Source: Takakia lepidozioides
Lineage: Eukaryota; Plantae; Bryophyta
DNA: 64,000 nt
NCBI GenBank assembly: GCA_030704615.1
Contig: CM060732.1
Coordinates: forward strand, 18,972,001-19,036,000
Direction: 5' to 3'
The notes below the pieces were generated by a model. It was not told where the DNA came from. It saw only the letters and a list, made by a program, of their open reading frames with translations, and made no database searches. Shown piece by piece: positions 1 through 11,967 of the stretch. Each line of letters starts with the position of its first letter. Positions within the stretch are counted from its first letter, which is position 1. The position numbers were made by a program, and so were the translations under genes.

Positions 1-145
1 ACGGCCAGTTGCCTCTGGAAACGAAAGAACAGATGGAGATCATGATTCTAGCACTGATCATGGGAACGGAGGTGAAGTGAGTGGGGACGAAGATTTTGTA
101 CTAGACATGAGATCATACCATCGTCGTCGTGCCAGACGGAATTAG
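1..145 (+). pseudogene. 3' end of hAT transposase ORF (acidic/Arg-rich tail ...SYHRRRARRN*)
   Basis: Near-identical to 28450-28594, the end of the copy-2 transposase. Confidence 0.7.
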
Positions 146-459
146 GTACAGCTATAACTTCTGTGACCTGTCACATGATGTGTAGTATGTTTCCATGGAT
201 ATCCATATTTCAGTTTGGGTACATGCATACGTGTACGGAAATGAAAATGGTGGAATATGTGTACCCAAGAAAGGGTTTGGTAGTTGTGCGTGTGTTTGTG
301 TTTCGTCATTACCTTTACATTGTTGATTTCCTATTATGGTTTCGAAAGCCACAAAAGCTAGGTGCAGCTCCCAACATTCATCTTCCCCTTCACAAATCCA
401 TGGGGAGTCGATACATGTGCTTTTCATCTGCCCCTCCAAACATACATACAGGTGCAAGG

Positions 460-980
460 GGACCAACCTCCTGGTGGTCGCACCTATTTTAAGAAAAACA
501 ATTGTGTGACCACCAGTAGCGGTCGTCGCAATTGTTAAAATAAAAGAAAAATGTTGCGACCACCCCCCTGCTGGTAGTCGCACCTATTTACTGAACGGCA
601 GCTCACAAATCATGCCCCTTAGTAGTGAGAGGAGAAAATAACCTCTTTCATTTATGCGCCAAGAGGCGTAGGAATGGGGCACCACACACGAACCATACCA
701 TACCCATCAAGTAGCAAGATTTGATCCCAGAATCGTCCGGGTCGCACTCAGTGCACTTAACCAACTGAGCTACTGACTGTTGGTAGATATTAAAAAATCA
801 AAAAATTATGCGACCACCCCCCTGCTGGTGGTCGCATCTATTAAAGAAAAGGAAAATAGTGCGACCACCAGCAGGTGGTGGTCGCACCTATTTGTTTTAA
901 ACAAAAAAATTGCGACCACCGCTCTGCTAGTGGTCGCGCCTATTTTTTTTTTTTAAATCTGCGACCACCCCCCTGCTAGT
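460..980. repeat. Array of TGCGACCACC-loop-GGTGGTCGCA hairpin repeats with A-rich spacers
   Basis: Units at ~505, 555, 809, 859, 911 and 960, e.g. tgcgaccaccccc ctgctggtggtcgca; same as 28914-30140. Confidence 0.85.
595..785 (-). mobile_element. tRNA-derived SINE remnant (3'-truncated copy of 29495-29720)
   Basis: Minus strand shows A-box-like TAGCTCAGTTGG and B-box-like GGGATCAAATCT. Confidence 0.6.
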
Positions 981-981
981 G

Positions 982-2079
982 CACTGGATTCACCATATGG
1001 GATGATGTGCATGTCATGTTTGAGCACTGTGTGCATACAATTTCCGATACCAATAACAGCATAAACTGGGATTTGGAAGTAGAGGAGGAGTGGGACACCA
1101 GGCCGAGGATGTCATCCTTCATTAATGAGGATAAACGGACGTGGATACCACAGAGCAATCCAACGTCATGGATAACAGATGGTACGGTGTGCACAATGTG
1201 CCTAAACCCTTATGGACTGGAGGAAGGCTATGTGGCCATTTGTTCCATCCCACATGTCTCATATCGGCAGCCATGCGAGCCAGCCAATGCCCTGACTGCC
1301 GTGGACCAATCCATCAACGTTTCTACGAGTTGTTTGGGTTGCAAGACAATATGCCCACGGGATACGAGTACAACCGGTACAACATGCCATTAGATGTATC
1401 GCCTTACGATTTTTTAAATTAGCAGCACTGGGGGGAGACAATGACATGGGATGCTACAAGACAGATGTACGCCTTGGATGCGAAGACGTTAACTAGGGTT
1501 AAAGATCCGGTGACCTTTTGGGTGACATCCAACTGGGAAATAACCGTGCGTGCTAGAGGCATACGGGACCCAGTCCAAAAGGAGTTTTTTTGCCGGAACT
1601 TGGGAGGGCATTAGAGCTGTACCAGACAAAGATTCTTCCGACTGCCTGAGGATCCGTGGGTGCCAACGGAAAACGACCCATACAATCGCGAACCGATTGG
1701 GAGAGACCTATTTCTAAGGGAGTTGGAGGCCGCTAGCATCTGTTGGGAGAATATGAATGAGACGTACTGGGTGCCTCGTCGGGATGATGGGCCATTTCTT
1801 CCAGAGTTGCGCAGAGTCCCCCAGCAGGAGGAGGTGTTGGACAATTTCAAGGCTGTCATCACGAGTGCTCTGGCAAATGTGGAAGAGAGTCAGCACTCAC
1901 CTAGAACGCTACGCATGATGGCAAGGGTGGACCACACAACACTGGGTCCCTCTTTGACCACTCAAGCCCAGGCTCGAACTCTCCGTACTGGTGGAGGCAC
2001 GTCCTCTACACCCGGAGCATCTTCATCAACATCTGGAGATGACGACAACGAAGTAATAAATCTAGATGAAGATGACTAG
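982..2079 (+). pseudogene. 3' half of RING-H2 finger cargo gene (copy 1; frameshift, stops, deletions)
   Basis: CTMCLNPYG...CGHLFHPTCLISAAMRASQCPDCR = C3H2C3 RING across two frames; ends ...EVINLDEDD*, as in ORF 35443-36252. Confidence 0.75.
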
Positions 2080-2169
2080 AAAAGCTATAAACGTAGGGAG
2101 TAGGCCAAAGGTCTCAGGTTGCGAAAACTTAAATGTGCAACCCACTATATAGTCTACGTTATTTTTGGA

Positions 2170-2560
2170 AATACAAGGTTCATCCTTTGAACCATTTTTG
2201 AATGACCTTATACTTGTTCGGTACCTGTTTGACGGCATGTACAATATAATCGCAAAGTTTCAAAACAATCAAAAATTGCTGAATGAAAATACCATTGGTT
2301 CACCCATTGCAATATTTTAAATCGAACTCATACTTGTCCGGTACCTTTAAGAGGGCATGTACAATGCAATGACAAAGTTTGAAAGCATTCAGAAATCGGC
2401 ACATCAAGTAACCATTGGTTCCTCCTGTGAACCATTTCTGATTGATCTCATACTTCTCCGGTCCATATAAGAGGCATATAGAACATACTGGCAAAATTTC
2501 AAATCATTCAAATTTTTTTTTATCAATGAACCTTTGGTTTATCCTTTTCACCATTAACGA
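2170..2560. repeat. Three degenerate 120-bp tandem units
   Basis: tactt(g/c)t(t/c)cggt(a/c)c recurs at 2211, 2331 and 2451; same block at ~36350-36740. Confidence 0.75.
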
Positions 2561-2579
2561 TTAATCACAAATAAATGAA

Positions 2580-3647
2580 TAGACGAATAAATCATTTGCC
2601 TCCAAATGATTTTGGTTCGCTTTGAGACTTGGCCAGTATCTTCAATGTACCATGGAAGAAGCCCTAGAGTAATATGAGATCAATCGAAATTCGTTCAATG
2701 GGCCAACGGATGGTTGCCCATCCAAATGATTTTCGTTCGCTTTAAGACTTGGCCAGTGTGTTCAATGTACCCTCTGATAGGTCCCACTGCAATATGAGAT
2801 CAATCGAAATTCGTTCGATGGGCCAATGAGGCGTTCAGTTGTCATCTGGTTTTTGTTCATTGCGAAAAAAAAATCCTGCAATGCGCGCACGGCTATTGCA
2901 CCCATTGAACGGATGTGGTTGAAGCCCCTCTTTTGCCCGCATGTGCTTGAACATGTGTGTGACATATGTGCGGAGACACAACAGACGAATAAATCACTTG
3001 CCTCCCCATCGACACCAAGCCATTCCATAATGTAATTGAATTTAAATTAATTTTAAGCCAATAAATAGGTTTGCACTGCCTTTCATTGGGGGATTCTGGC
3101 ACGTATTGATTTTGTTTTTGGCTCAATTTTGTTCTACGGCTTCCAGTATCCCACCACTACTCCCCCGCCAAAATTTGGACCAATCAAAAATGCCCCAAAA
3201 AAAAGTGTTCTCTTCGCTCACTATTGCAGAACTCTCCTGTGAAGAGTGCATGAAGTTGAACACAAATCAAATTTGGAGTGCAAAACAGGGAAAAAATTGT
3301 GGTTTTGGGTCCAAATGAATTATGTTCGCTCCCAAATTTGGCACGCACGTTGCATATGGCTACATTACATGATTCAAAAACGGAGTGAAAAAAATAAATC
3401 GTGAGCACGCGAAACACAGTCCAACAGGTCCCAGAGCAATAGCAGATCCAGCGGAATACATTCAACGGGTGAACGGATGGTTGCCCATCCAAATCATTTT
3501 TGTTTGCTTCCAAACTTTGCCAGTACGTTCGAGACACCCTCTCACAGGTCCCGGACTAATATCAGATCAATCGAAATTCATTCGATGGCTCAACCGATGG
3601 TTGGCCATCGAGATGATTTTGGTTCGCTTTGAGACTTGGCCAGTATA
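2580..3647 (+). repeat. ~1.0-kb higher-order satellite unit built from ~110-bp subunits (orientation A)
   Basis: Recurrent ...gagacttggccagt...gagatcaatcgaaattcgttc... subunits; homologous to 36750-37820. Confidence 0.85.
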
Positions 3648-3648
3648 C

Positions 3649-4914
3649 CACGATAACAAATGAACGCCTCATTGCACAATCGAACGAATTTCGATTGTTC
3701 TCGTATTACACTGGGACGTATCAGAGGGTACATTGAACACGCTGGCCAAGTTTCAAAGGGAACGAAAATCATTTGGATGGGCAACCATCCGTAGGCCCAT
3801 CGAACGAATTTCGATTGATCTCATATTACTCTGGGGCCTCTTCCATGGCACATTGAACATACTGGCCAAGTCTCAAAGCGAACCAAAATCATCTCAATGG
3901 CCAACCATCCGTTGAGCCATCGAATGAATTTCGATTGATCTAATATTAGTCCGGGACCTGTGAGAGGGTGTCTCGAACGTAATGGCAAAAATTGGAAGCA
4001 AACAAAAATGATTTGGATGGGCAACCATCCATTCACCCGTTGAATGTATTCCGCTGGATCTGCTATTGCTTTGGGACCAGTGTTTCGCGTGCTCACGATT
4101 TATTTATTTTCATTCCGTTTTTGAATGGGGCGTGTAATGTAGCCATATGCAACGTGCGTGCCAAATTTGGGAGCGAACATAATTCATTTGGACCCAAAAC
4201 CACAAAGTTTCTTCCCTATTTTGCACTCCAAATTTGATTTGTGTTCAACTTCATGCACTCTTCATAGAGAGTTCTACAATAGTGAGCGAAGAGAACACTT
4301 TTTTTTTGGGGCATTTTTGATTGGTCCAAATTTTGGCGGGGGAGTAGTGGTGGGATGCTGGAAGCCACAGAACAAAAATTGAGGCAAAAACAAAATCGAT
4401 ATGTGCCAGAAACCCCCAATGAAAGGCAGTGCAAACCTATTTATTGGCTTAAAATAAATTTAAATTCAATTAAATTGTGGAATAGCTTGAGGGGTGAATG
4501 CGTCGATGGGGAGGCAAATGATTTATTCGTCTAATGTGTCTCCACACATGTTCCAGCACATGGGGGCAGAAGAGGGGCTTCAACCACATCCGTTCAATGG
4601 GTGCAATAGCTGTGCACGCATTGCATGATTTTTTTTTCGCATTGAACAAAAACACGATGACAAATGAATGCCTCCTTGCACAATTGAACGAATTTCGATT
4701 GATCTCGTATTACACTGGGACGTATCAGAGGGTACATTGAACACACTGGCCAAGTTTCAAAGCGAAGGAAAATCATTTGGATATGCAACCATCCGTAGGC
4801 CCATTGAACGAATTTCGATTGATCTCATATTACTCTGGGGCCTCTTCCATGGCACATTGAACATACTGGCCAAGTCTCAAAGCGAACCAAAATCATCTCG
4901 ATGGCCAACCATCC
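3649..4914 (-). repeat. Same ~1.0-kb satellite in inverted orientation (~1.25 units)
   Basis: Reverse complement of the 37770-38770-type unit; period 1004 bp (cacgataacaaatg at 3649, cacgatgacaaatg at 4653). Confidence 0.85.
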
Positions 4915-7900
4915 TCGAGGTTCAGAGGGAGTTGGTAGCTAAGGCGGTGGTGATGAATGAGGTTGGGGATTTTTCTCGGGTTGAGGAAGTCCTCGAGGAT
5001 GAGATGATGGGGCAGGATGAGGCCTCATTGACTGAGCAGGCAGGGAGTATTGCTCAAGAGGTTGCAACATAGCAACCACTGGACGCGTCCTCTACCTCTA
5101 AGCCCACTGGACTTAAGGTTGCAGTTACGGAGGACAATTGGGAGCCTGACATTGGACCCATTGTCACCGGAAGAGAGAGACGACGTATACGGCGGTTCCA
5201 GAGGGCTTACAAGAATTGCTTTGCTTTCAGTTTGAAGGACTTGGGAGCACTGAAGGGTCAAGAGATCTGTATTGAGTTGGCCACTGACACGCCAATCTTT
5301 CGGAGACCCTATAGATATAGTGACATGGAGAGGTCTTTGATTCAGATGAGGACTCAAGATCTCTGGGAGGCAGGTTTGGTGGAGCTCTCTGGTGGAGAGT
5401 ATGCTTCAGCCACAGTGATGCCAGCCAAGAAGGATGTCTATGGCAATTGGACGGAGAGATGTATGTGAGGTGATTACCGGCATGTAAATCGTCAGACCAA
5501 GTCCGATAAGTATGTCATGCCCACATCAGAGGAGATCTTTGATGCCATTGGGCATGCTAAGGTCTTTAGCACTTTGGATTTACGATCCAGATATCACCAG
5601 TTGCCGATCAATGAGGCGGACAAGCAGAAGACGACATTCTGGGGGATCAATGAGCACGGCAAGGATTGCCTATATCAGTGGCGGTTCTTACCATTTGGGC
5701 TTAAGAACGCTCCTGTAGAGTTTCAGAGAGTCATAGATAGGATTCTAGCAGGGGTGGACTTTGCTCGGTGCTACCTAGATGACATCAGCATCTTTAGTGC
5801 TACGGTGGATGAGCATGAGAGACACCTTCAGGTGGTATTGGAGTGCTTGAGAGCGCACGGATTGAAGTTGCATCCGAGGAAATGCAAGTTTTTCCACAAC
5901 CAGATTGAGTATCTGGGTCACATGATATATCCTGGAGGATTGGGGGTACAGCAGATTAAGGTAGAGGCCATTGCACAAATTCCACGCCCCACGGATGTGA
6001 GCCGAGTTCGAGCTTTCATGGGGTTAGCAAACTACTATAGGGATTTAGTGCTATCACAAAGGCTCTAACCAAGCTCACGAAGGTGGACCAGAAGTGGCAG
6101 TGGGAAGATGAGCAAGAATGAGCTTTTCAAGAGCTCAAGGCGAGGTTGACCTCGGCGCCTATCCTGAGATGACCTATCAGGGGGCGTCTCTTTCAGCTGC
6201 ATACGGATTGGAGCATGTTGGGGCTTGGAGCGGTGTTCACATAGGTGGATGATGAGGGAAGAGAGTTCATAGTGGCTTATGCTAGCCGCTCGAACAACGC
6301 TGCAGAGGCTAAGTACAGCTCATATGAGGGAGAATGCTTAGCTGCAATGTGGGCCGTGGCACACTTCAGATGCTATCTATATGACAATCTCTTCACCCTT
6401 GTCACAGATCACCAGCCACTCAAGTGGTTGATGGAGTCAAACAAGCTTACAGGGAAGCTTGCACGGTGAGCACTCATACTCCAGGAGTATGACTTTCAGG
6501 TTGTGCATCGACCAGGTTTGGTCAATCGGGATGCGGATGGACTGAGTCGCAATCCATGCACGATCCAGCAAGATGACACTGGAGCTCGGTGGCATGGTGA
6601 GACGGACAAGGAGATGGTGCTGGGATGGCACGCATCCGCATTTTTGTGTATTTTGGCAGCGGGAGGTCAGATTGAACCCACAATAGGGATGACTGTAGAC
6701 AAAGTGTCTGAGGAGGCTAGTGACGAACCAGGTGGTGCCAGAGATATACATGAGGACTCGGCTGTGTTGGACTACCTCCGTACTGGAGACATGGCAGCCA
6801 CTGTGACTACCAAGGAGAGGGATCGGATCCTGCAATGAGCCAAGAGGTTCAAGTGGGAGGGGATACACCTACTCCGAGTGTGGGAGGATGGTCGGGTGAG
6901 GATTGAGTCTCACCCAACATAGCGTGCACGGTTAGTGCGGCATGCCCATGAAGAGTTGGGGCATTTTGAAGTGCGACGCACTCACTGTTTACTGCAGGGG
7001 CAGTATTGGTGGCGTGGTATGCGTACAGAGGTGCAACAGTTCGTGGCTAGGTGCATGGTGTGTGATAGGGTGCGTGCTTCATTCAACGTCCCTACACCAT
7101 AGTTGCATCATTTACCAATCATGGGATTGGGCTACAGGTGGAGTCTTGACTTTGCAGGATCGTTGCCACTGACTATGCGCCACCACAGATATGTGTTGGT
7201 GATGGTGGAGCACTTCTCCAAGTGGATTGAGTTGGTTCCATTGTCTGACAAGGCTAGTGAGGGGGCTGTGTATGCATTCTTGGATCGAGTGCTTAACCGA
7301 TTCGGTGCTCCAGCTGAGGTACTCACGGACCAAGGGAGAGAGTTCTTGGGGGAGTTTCAGGCTTTGTGTGATAAAGCCTTGATAGACCACCGCACCACTT
7401 CTCGGGATCATCCTGAGGCCGATGGCTTGGCAGAGAGAGTTGTTCAGACGGTGAAGAGGGGTTTGCACAAGTATGGCTTGCTGAAGGGACACCTAGGAGA
7501 TTGGGATCTTCAGGTGTCTTGCTTAGCTATGGGCTATAGGTTCAGCAAGCAAGCATCACTTGCCTCCTTCTCACCATATTTCCTTTTCTTTGGCCGAGAG
7601 CGGGATTTGCCTGCAACCATTCGTAGGGACACTGCTCAAGTTCTTAACCTTGACGATCCGGACGTGTGGGTACGTGTATGTGATCAGCGTGCAGAATTGT
7701 TCAAGAATCATGCCCATGGCTTTTGAGAACCTTGCCATTGCACAACACCGTGACATGTGTAGGTATGCCACTATACGTGGTGGAGGATATCGTCCTGGGG
7801 TTTGGAGGTTTAGCCCTGGTGACTATGTTTATTTGCAGCAGACTGCTCCTACGACCCTGGATGTGACTGCAGGGCGTGTTATTCTGAGGATTCGAGAGGT

Positions 7901-8186
7901 GTTGCCCTCAGGAGTCCTGATCTTGGAGGGTCGGGATGACATGACTTGGAAGGATCATGTGCGTAATTGTGCGCCATGTCACCTTCCCAATGTCGATGGC
8001 AGAATTGACCCAAACTTGGCAGTGAAACCTGCAGGTTTGAGGTGCATGTTCTGTGGGTCTGCCAAAGGGGCAGCCACCATGCTGGTGTGTGATCAATGCT
8101 CAAGAGGTTGGCATATGGGATGCTTGACACCACCTCTTGAGAGGGTTCCTGATGGAGATTGGTTATGTCCACACTGCTTGGGATAG
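4915..8186 (+). pseudogene. pol: Gypsy pol: reverse transcriptase, RNase H, integrase, C-terminal PHD finger (multiple stops/frameshifts)
   Basis: RT: FSTLDLRSRYHQL, LPFGLKNAP, CYLDDI. RH: HTDWS, YASRS, EGECLA, LVTDHQPL. INT: HAHEELGHF...CMVC, SLDFAG, LTDQGREF, DGLAER. PHD: CMFC..CDQC..WHMGC..DWLCPHC. Confidence 0.93.
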
Positions 8187-8446
8187 TGGCAGTGGATATG
8201 ACTAGTGGCAGCTAACAAGACATGGGAGGCCAAGCTCATAGGAGTCAATACACGAGATCCCAGGCTCAAGTTCATAGGTTGCAAGATGGCGACTAACAAT
8301 GGGGCAACTCTTGCACCCGGCCTCTTGATCTATCGAGTTTGAGTGTAGTAGGGACAGTGGTGGAGGACTTAGTGAGGCTACGGTCACTATCATATCTTGT
8401 GGCTACCTGGACTTAGAGGGACCTAAGCACTAGCTAGGGGGGCGAT

Positions 8447-9035
8447 TGTGGTGGACTAGTGACTGCCATAATGGACAGCCTAGCGACTGACTAGTGGCAG
8501 CCTAGTGGTTGGAGTAGTGGCTGGACTAGTGGTATACTAGTGTGTGGTGTGCACATGTGTTGTGTGGTTTTGGACAACGATGTAGTTGTGTAGCGATATG
8601 TATGCGCACGACAGCTGTCAAGTTATTTCACCACTAGTGTGAAACTAGCTAGGAAATAGTTAGCTTTTACATATTGATATTTGGGATTGGCCCAAGTGTC
8701 AATCCAGGGGTCAAGGAAGATTTAGGCCCTGGAGTAGTTATCTTCATGGCAAGCGCGGTAGGCTCATCTTTCTCGAGTTGAGCCTCACCACGCCTAGCTA
8801 TGGCGCCGTAGTGTGGATTCCCCATGGCGTGGGGTGCACTTGGCTTGACTTGTATTTGAGTGATGAGTTTATATATGCATGAGTTTATGCTCAGCTTTGT
8901 GAGCTCGCATGAGCTTGTGTGTATTCTTCTTCTTTAGTGAGGGGTGCCACTACCACTACCACTATGGGTGGGGCACCACTACCGCTAGTGCAGGGCAACA
9001 CTACCACTACCACTACCACTATGTGCGGGGAAACA
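8447..9035 (+). repeat. 3' LTR (589 bp) of the DNMT/PHD Gypsy
   Basis: Begins TGTGG just after the purine tract and ends AAACA; rich in ctagt/actacc motifs. Confidence 0.75.
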
Positions 9036-9036
9036 T

Positions 9037-9202
9037 TGTGGTGGACTAGTGACTGCCATAGTGGGCAGCCTAGCGACTGACTAGTGGCAGCCTAGTGGTT
9101 GGACTAGTGGTGGACTAGTGGTATACTAGTGTGTGGTGTGCACATGTGTTGTGTGGTTTTGGGCAGCAATGTAGTTGTGTAGCGATATGTATGCGCACAA
9201 CA
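9037..9202 (+). repeat. Tandem partial second LTR (first ~165 bp duplicated)
   Basis: tgtggtggactagtgactgccata...tatgcgcac repeated from 8447-8612 with a few substitutions. Confidence 0.85.
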
Positions 9203-9682
9203 AGGGGCATCAAATGCAAAACATCCAAACACTAGGCTCATCCAAGAACACTGTGATGATCACACAAAACATTCTGCGTTTGGCATAAGCCAGCCGTTTT
9301 TTATATTAAGGAATGGGCTAATCTGGAATGGCAAATGGTGGCCTCTTATTGGCTGCCAGGATTTCCTTAAGTTTCTCCCACACACCAGCAGCCACCCTGT
9401 CAGATTAGGTTACTAATGGAATGAGACAAGGGCCTTGGCTAACATTAGGCACATTTAATCAGCTATACCAACCGCCTTGCTTTTCATCCAGCCTACGAAC
9501 AGAAAGGCATCTGTAGCAAGTAGAATACTCCATCTTACAAGCTGCAACATTGATGTATCATATTTTTGAGGTTGTACATTGAGAAAAATGGACTTCAGCA
9601 ACAATTTTGTTGCAAATGAATGGATGTTTACAAAACCAGAAGTCTGTAAGTGGAATGATGCTCCAATCTTCTAATGGCTTAA

Positions 9683-10673
9683 CCCTTAAGTGTCCAGGCC
9701 CATTTTCACGACATGCTGTGAAAAAAGGACCCTGGCCCACTAAATCTTTTTTCTCTCCCAGATTTCTAAGTCCCTGTAAAAGTGAGCATTGAATTTACTG
9801 CCCATCTACCCAAACTACGACCTCAAAAAATTGCAGCCGTATCCAATTGCCAGATTAGAAGATTGTAATATGCATATGTGCCCCAAAAGGAATCCTTCCT
9901 AAAAATGAAGAGCATAAAAATCCAAGAAATTTACCAAATTTGGGCAATGTTTTCCTTGCATGATATGAGAGTCTTGGGAATTGTGTACCTCACTTGATGC
10001 CACACCTTCCCTGAAATTTTCGTTTTTTTCTGACTTGTTTTCGTGTGGGCTGCTTTGTACTCACAAATTGGGGGGTCTCAAAACCCAATTTGAAGCGGGC
10101 AGACCAAAATTTGAGATTACGTGCTACCATCAATTCTCAATTGCTCTGGTCCATGTCATCATTGCATGCAAATGTTGTTGTAGAAAAAAATTCAATCCAA
10201 TTGGGAAATGTTTTAGGCTATTTTTGGGCCCTGCCCGGTAATTCCCAGCCCATTGGCCTACAGCCCTACCATATTTCCTCCTGTAGCCCTTGTACCTAGC
10301 GGGTTGTGAGACCGTTTCACCACTCCTTTGCCTCGGGTGGCTGCCACGCAGGCTGCTGCACATTCATGGGGCATTGGGATGTGTGTGGGCCCGCCGTTCT
10401 TAGGGTGGAAACCCTTCCCCTAGCCTGACCGTGATTGCCATGTAAGCAACTCGGGCAAGATGATTCAGCAAAAAATGTCAAAAAAGCTGAGTTAGGGGGG
10501 TCTTACTCCATGTATATATTTCTTTTTTGAAGATTGGCGAATGCCATTGTGTGTAAGAGTTTTTTTCGTATCTAATGAGCCTAATTTGACTCAAATCAGA
10601 GTTAATCCCAGTAAGAACTGGATGGTTAAAGAAACCTAACCAACCCAAAACGGGTCGGTTTGACACTCAAGGG
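9683..10673. mobile_element. piggyBac-like non-autonomous DNA transposon (991 bp)
   Basis: TTAA at 9679-9682 and 10674-10677; 12-bp TIRs CCCTTAAGTGTC and (revcomp) CCCTTGAGTGTC, 1 mismatch; no transposase ORF inside. Confidence 0.75.
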
Positions 10674-10798
10674 TTAACTAGCCTGCAACCTGTATACTAT
10701 AGAGCAATGCTCATTCTATATAGCATTTTTTCTTTTCATACTACAGTATCGAGCTCAAAGAAAGCTCATGCTTTTGCAACTAAATGTATGCACAATTT

Positions 10799-11330
10799 CT
10801 ACTGTCTGGGACTACCTCCAACCAAAGATGACATTGTTGCAGGGTCCATAACGAAGGTGGAATTAAATGTCGAGTGCGACATCACGTTGACTTGCATGAA
10901 AGAATGGTGCAATCGAGCATTTGTAGCTGCAGGATGACTTGTAGCCAGAACCTCAGGTGCATGGCGGGCAACCAACTCAGGATCAACTCGAAAAACAACT
11001 ATTATAGAACAAGGAACATCCACAATAGATTTGCCCTCCTCTGGCACTATAGGAGAAGCAACCACGTTATTGATAGGGGCCTGGGGCAAATCCACTTTTG
11101 AAATCTGACCAGATGTAAGCACCTCATTCACAATGGGAACTGGCAGTGAAACTGCAATCGGAACAGGAGCTGGAACTGACATAGGAACTGGCAGTCTAAC
11201 AGGAGTTGGCACAGTAGCTGACACTGGCACTTCAGATGCAAGAAGTGGTGTTGGCAATGGCTTAGCAGAAGCCGGAAAGATGCCCTCCGGGAAAAAGTTC
11301 TCCCAATTAAATGTATCAACGATGACAATT
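10799..11330 (-). pseudogene. Pro/Val-rich ORF fragment of unknown (possibly TE) protein
   Basis: Open frame ~175 aa with PVP repeats; no recognisable domain; preceded by a ~50-bp minisatellite at 11380-11550. Confidence 0.3.
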
Positions 11331-11967
11331 TCTGGGATACATTTAAATACATTTAAATACATCCCAAAATTTAGTGGACTTTTCCAGGTGACACTTTTTT
11401 TGATATTCCAGATGGCATTATAATACACTTTTCAGGTGGCATTTTTTTTTTAATATTCCACATTGTGTTTTGATATTCCAGATGGTCTTGTGATACACTT
11501 TCCAGGTACTTCTTTTGATATGCCAGATGGTACTATAATACACTTTTGTGTCCATATATAGCAACTTCCCCGCTTCCTACATATGCAGTTTGTCTCTTAT
11601 GTGCAGTGCACATAAGCTAAAATAAAGGCCAAGAGGCTATTGCTACTGCAGCTGCCTCTATTGAGGTCCACTATACAATGTATAGTTGAGGTCCCCTGTA
11701 CAATCCTTTCTTAGCACATAAACAACTGCTGAAAATCACAAAGGAGCTAGCATTGCAGCACTCACGCTACCATCTCCTTCCTTCACCTCCTCCCTGCCCT
11801 AAAAACAAAGACGAACCCCCACAATTAATAAAATATGGCCACAAAACACTCAGTTCACTACTTGGTTACTGGAATCACCCCAAGACAGGGTGTGCTGATG
11901 CAGTTAACACATGGGCACTTGAAATGATTTATTTCTGGAATAAAAACCAAGCAATGCGTGCCCTTAC

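Larger units (their letters stand above)
1..3647 (+). mobile_element. Composite hAT-associated unit, copy 1 (5' part outside window; internally deleted): transposase tail, GCGACC hairpin array, SINE remnant, RING gene 3' half, 120-bp repeats, 1-kb satellite
   Basis: Collinear high-identity match to copy 2: 1-594 = ~28450-29035; 595-980 = ~29533-29975; 982-1297 = ~31890-32218; 1401-1867 = ~35445-35911; 1868-3647 = ~36040-37823. Confidence 0.8.
4915..9035 (+). mobile_element. Ty3/Gypsy LTR retrotransposon, 3' half (linker-RT-RNaseH-INT-PHD, PPT, 3' LTR); degenerate
   Basis: Domain order RT>RH>INT; PPT agggggg at ~8436-8442; LTR TG...CA at 8447-9035. Confidence 0.92.

Noticed and set aside
2134-2143. 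TGTGCAACCC (also ~36309 and a partial match at ~61865) as right TIR
   Set aside because: 2134 and 36309 lack the terminal TG and a TSD; the 61865 match lies in a DEP1 intron and is probably chance.
2762-4788. Many recurrent 60-120-aa ORFs in the satellite (also 36750-38650)
   Set aside because: They recur only because the DNA is repeated; frames are not conserved between units and no domains are recognisable.
9558-9740. ORF MGQGPFFTACRENGPGHLRVKPLEDW as a gene
   Set aside because: It reads across the piggyBac-like terminus at 9683, so it is chimeric.
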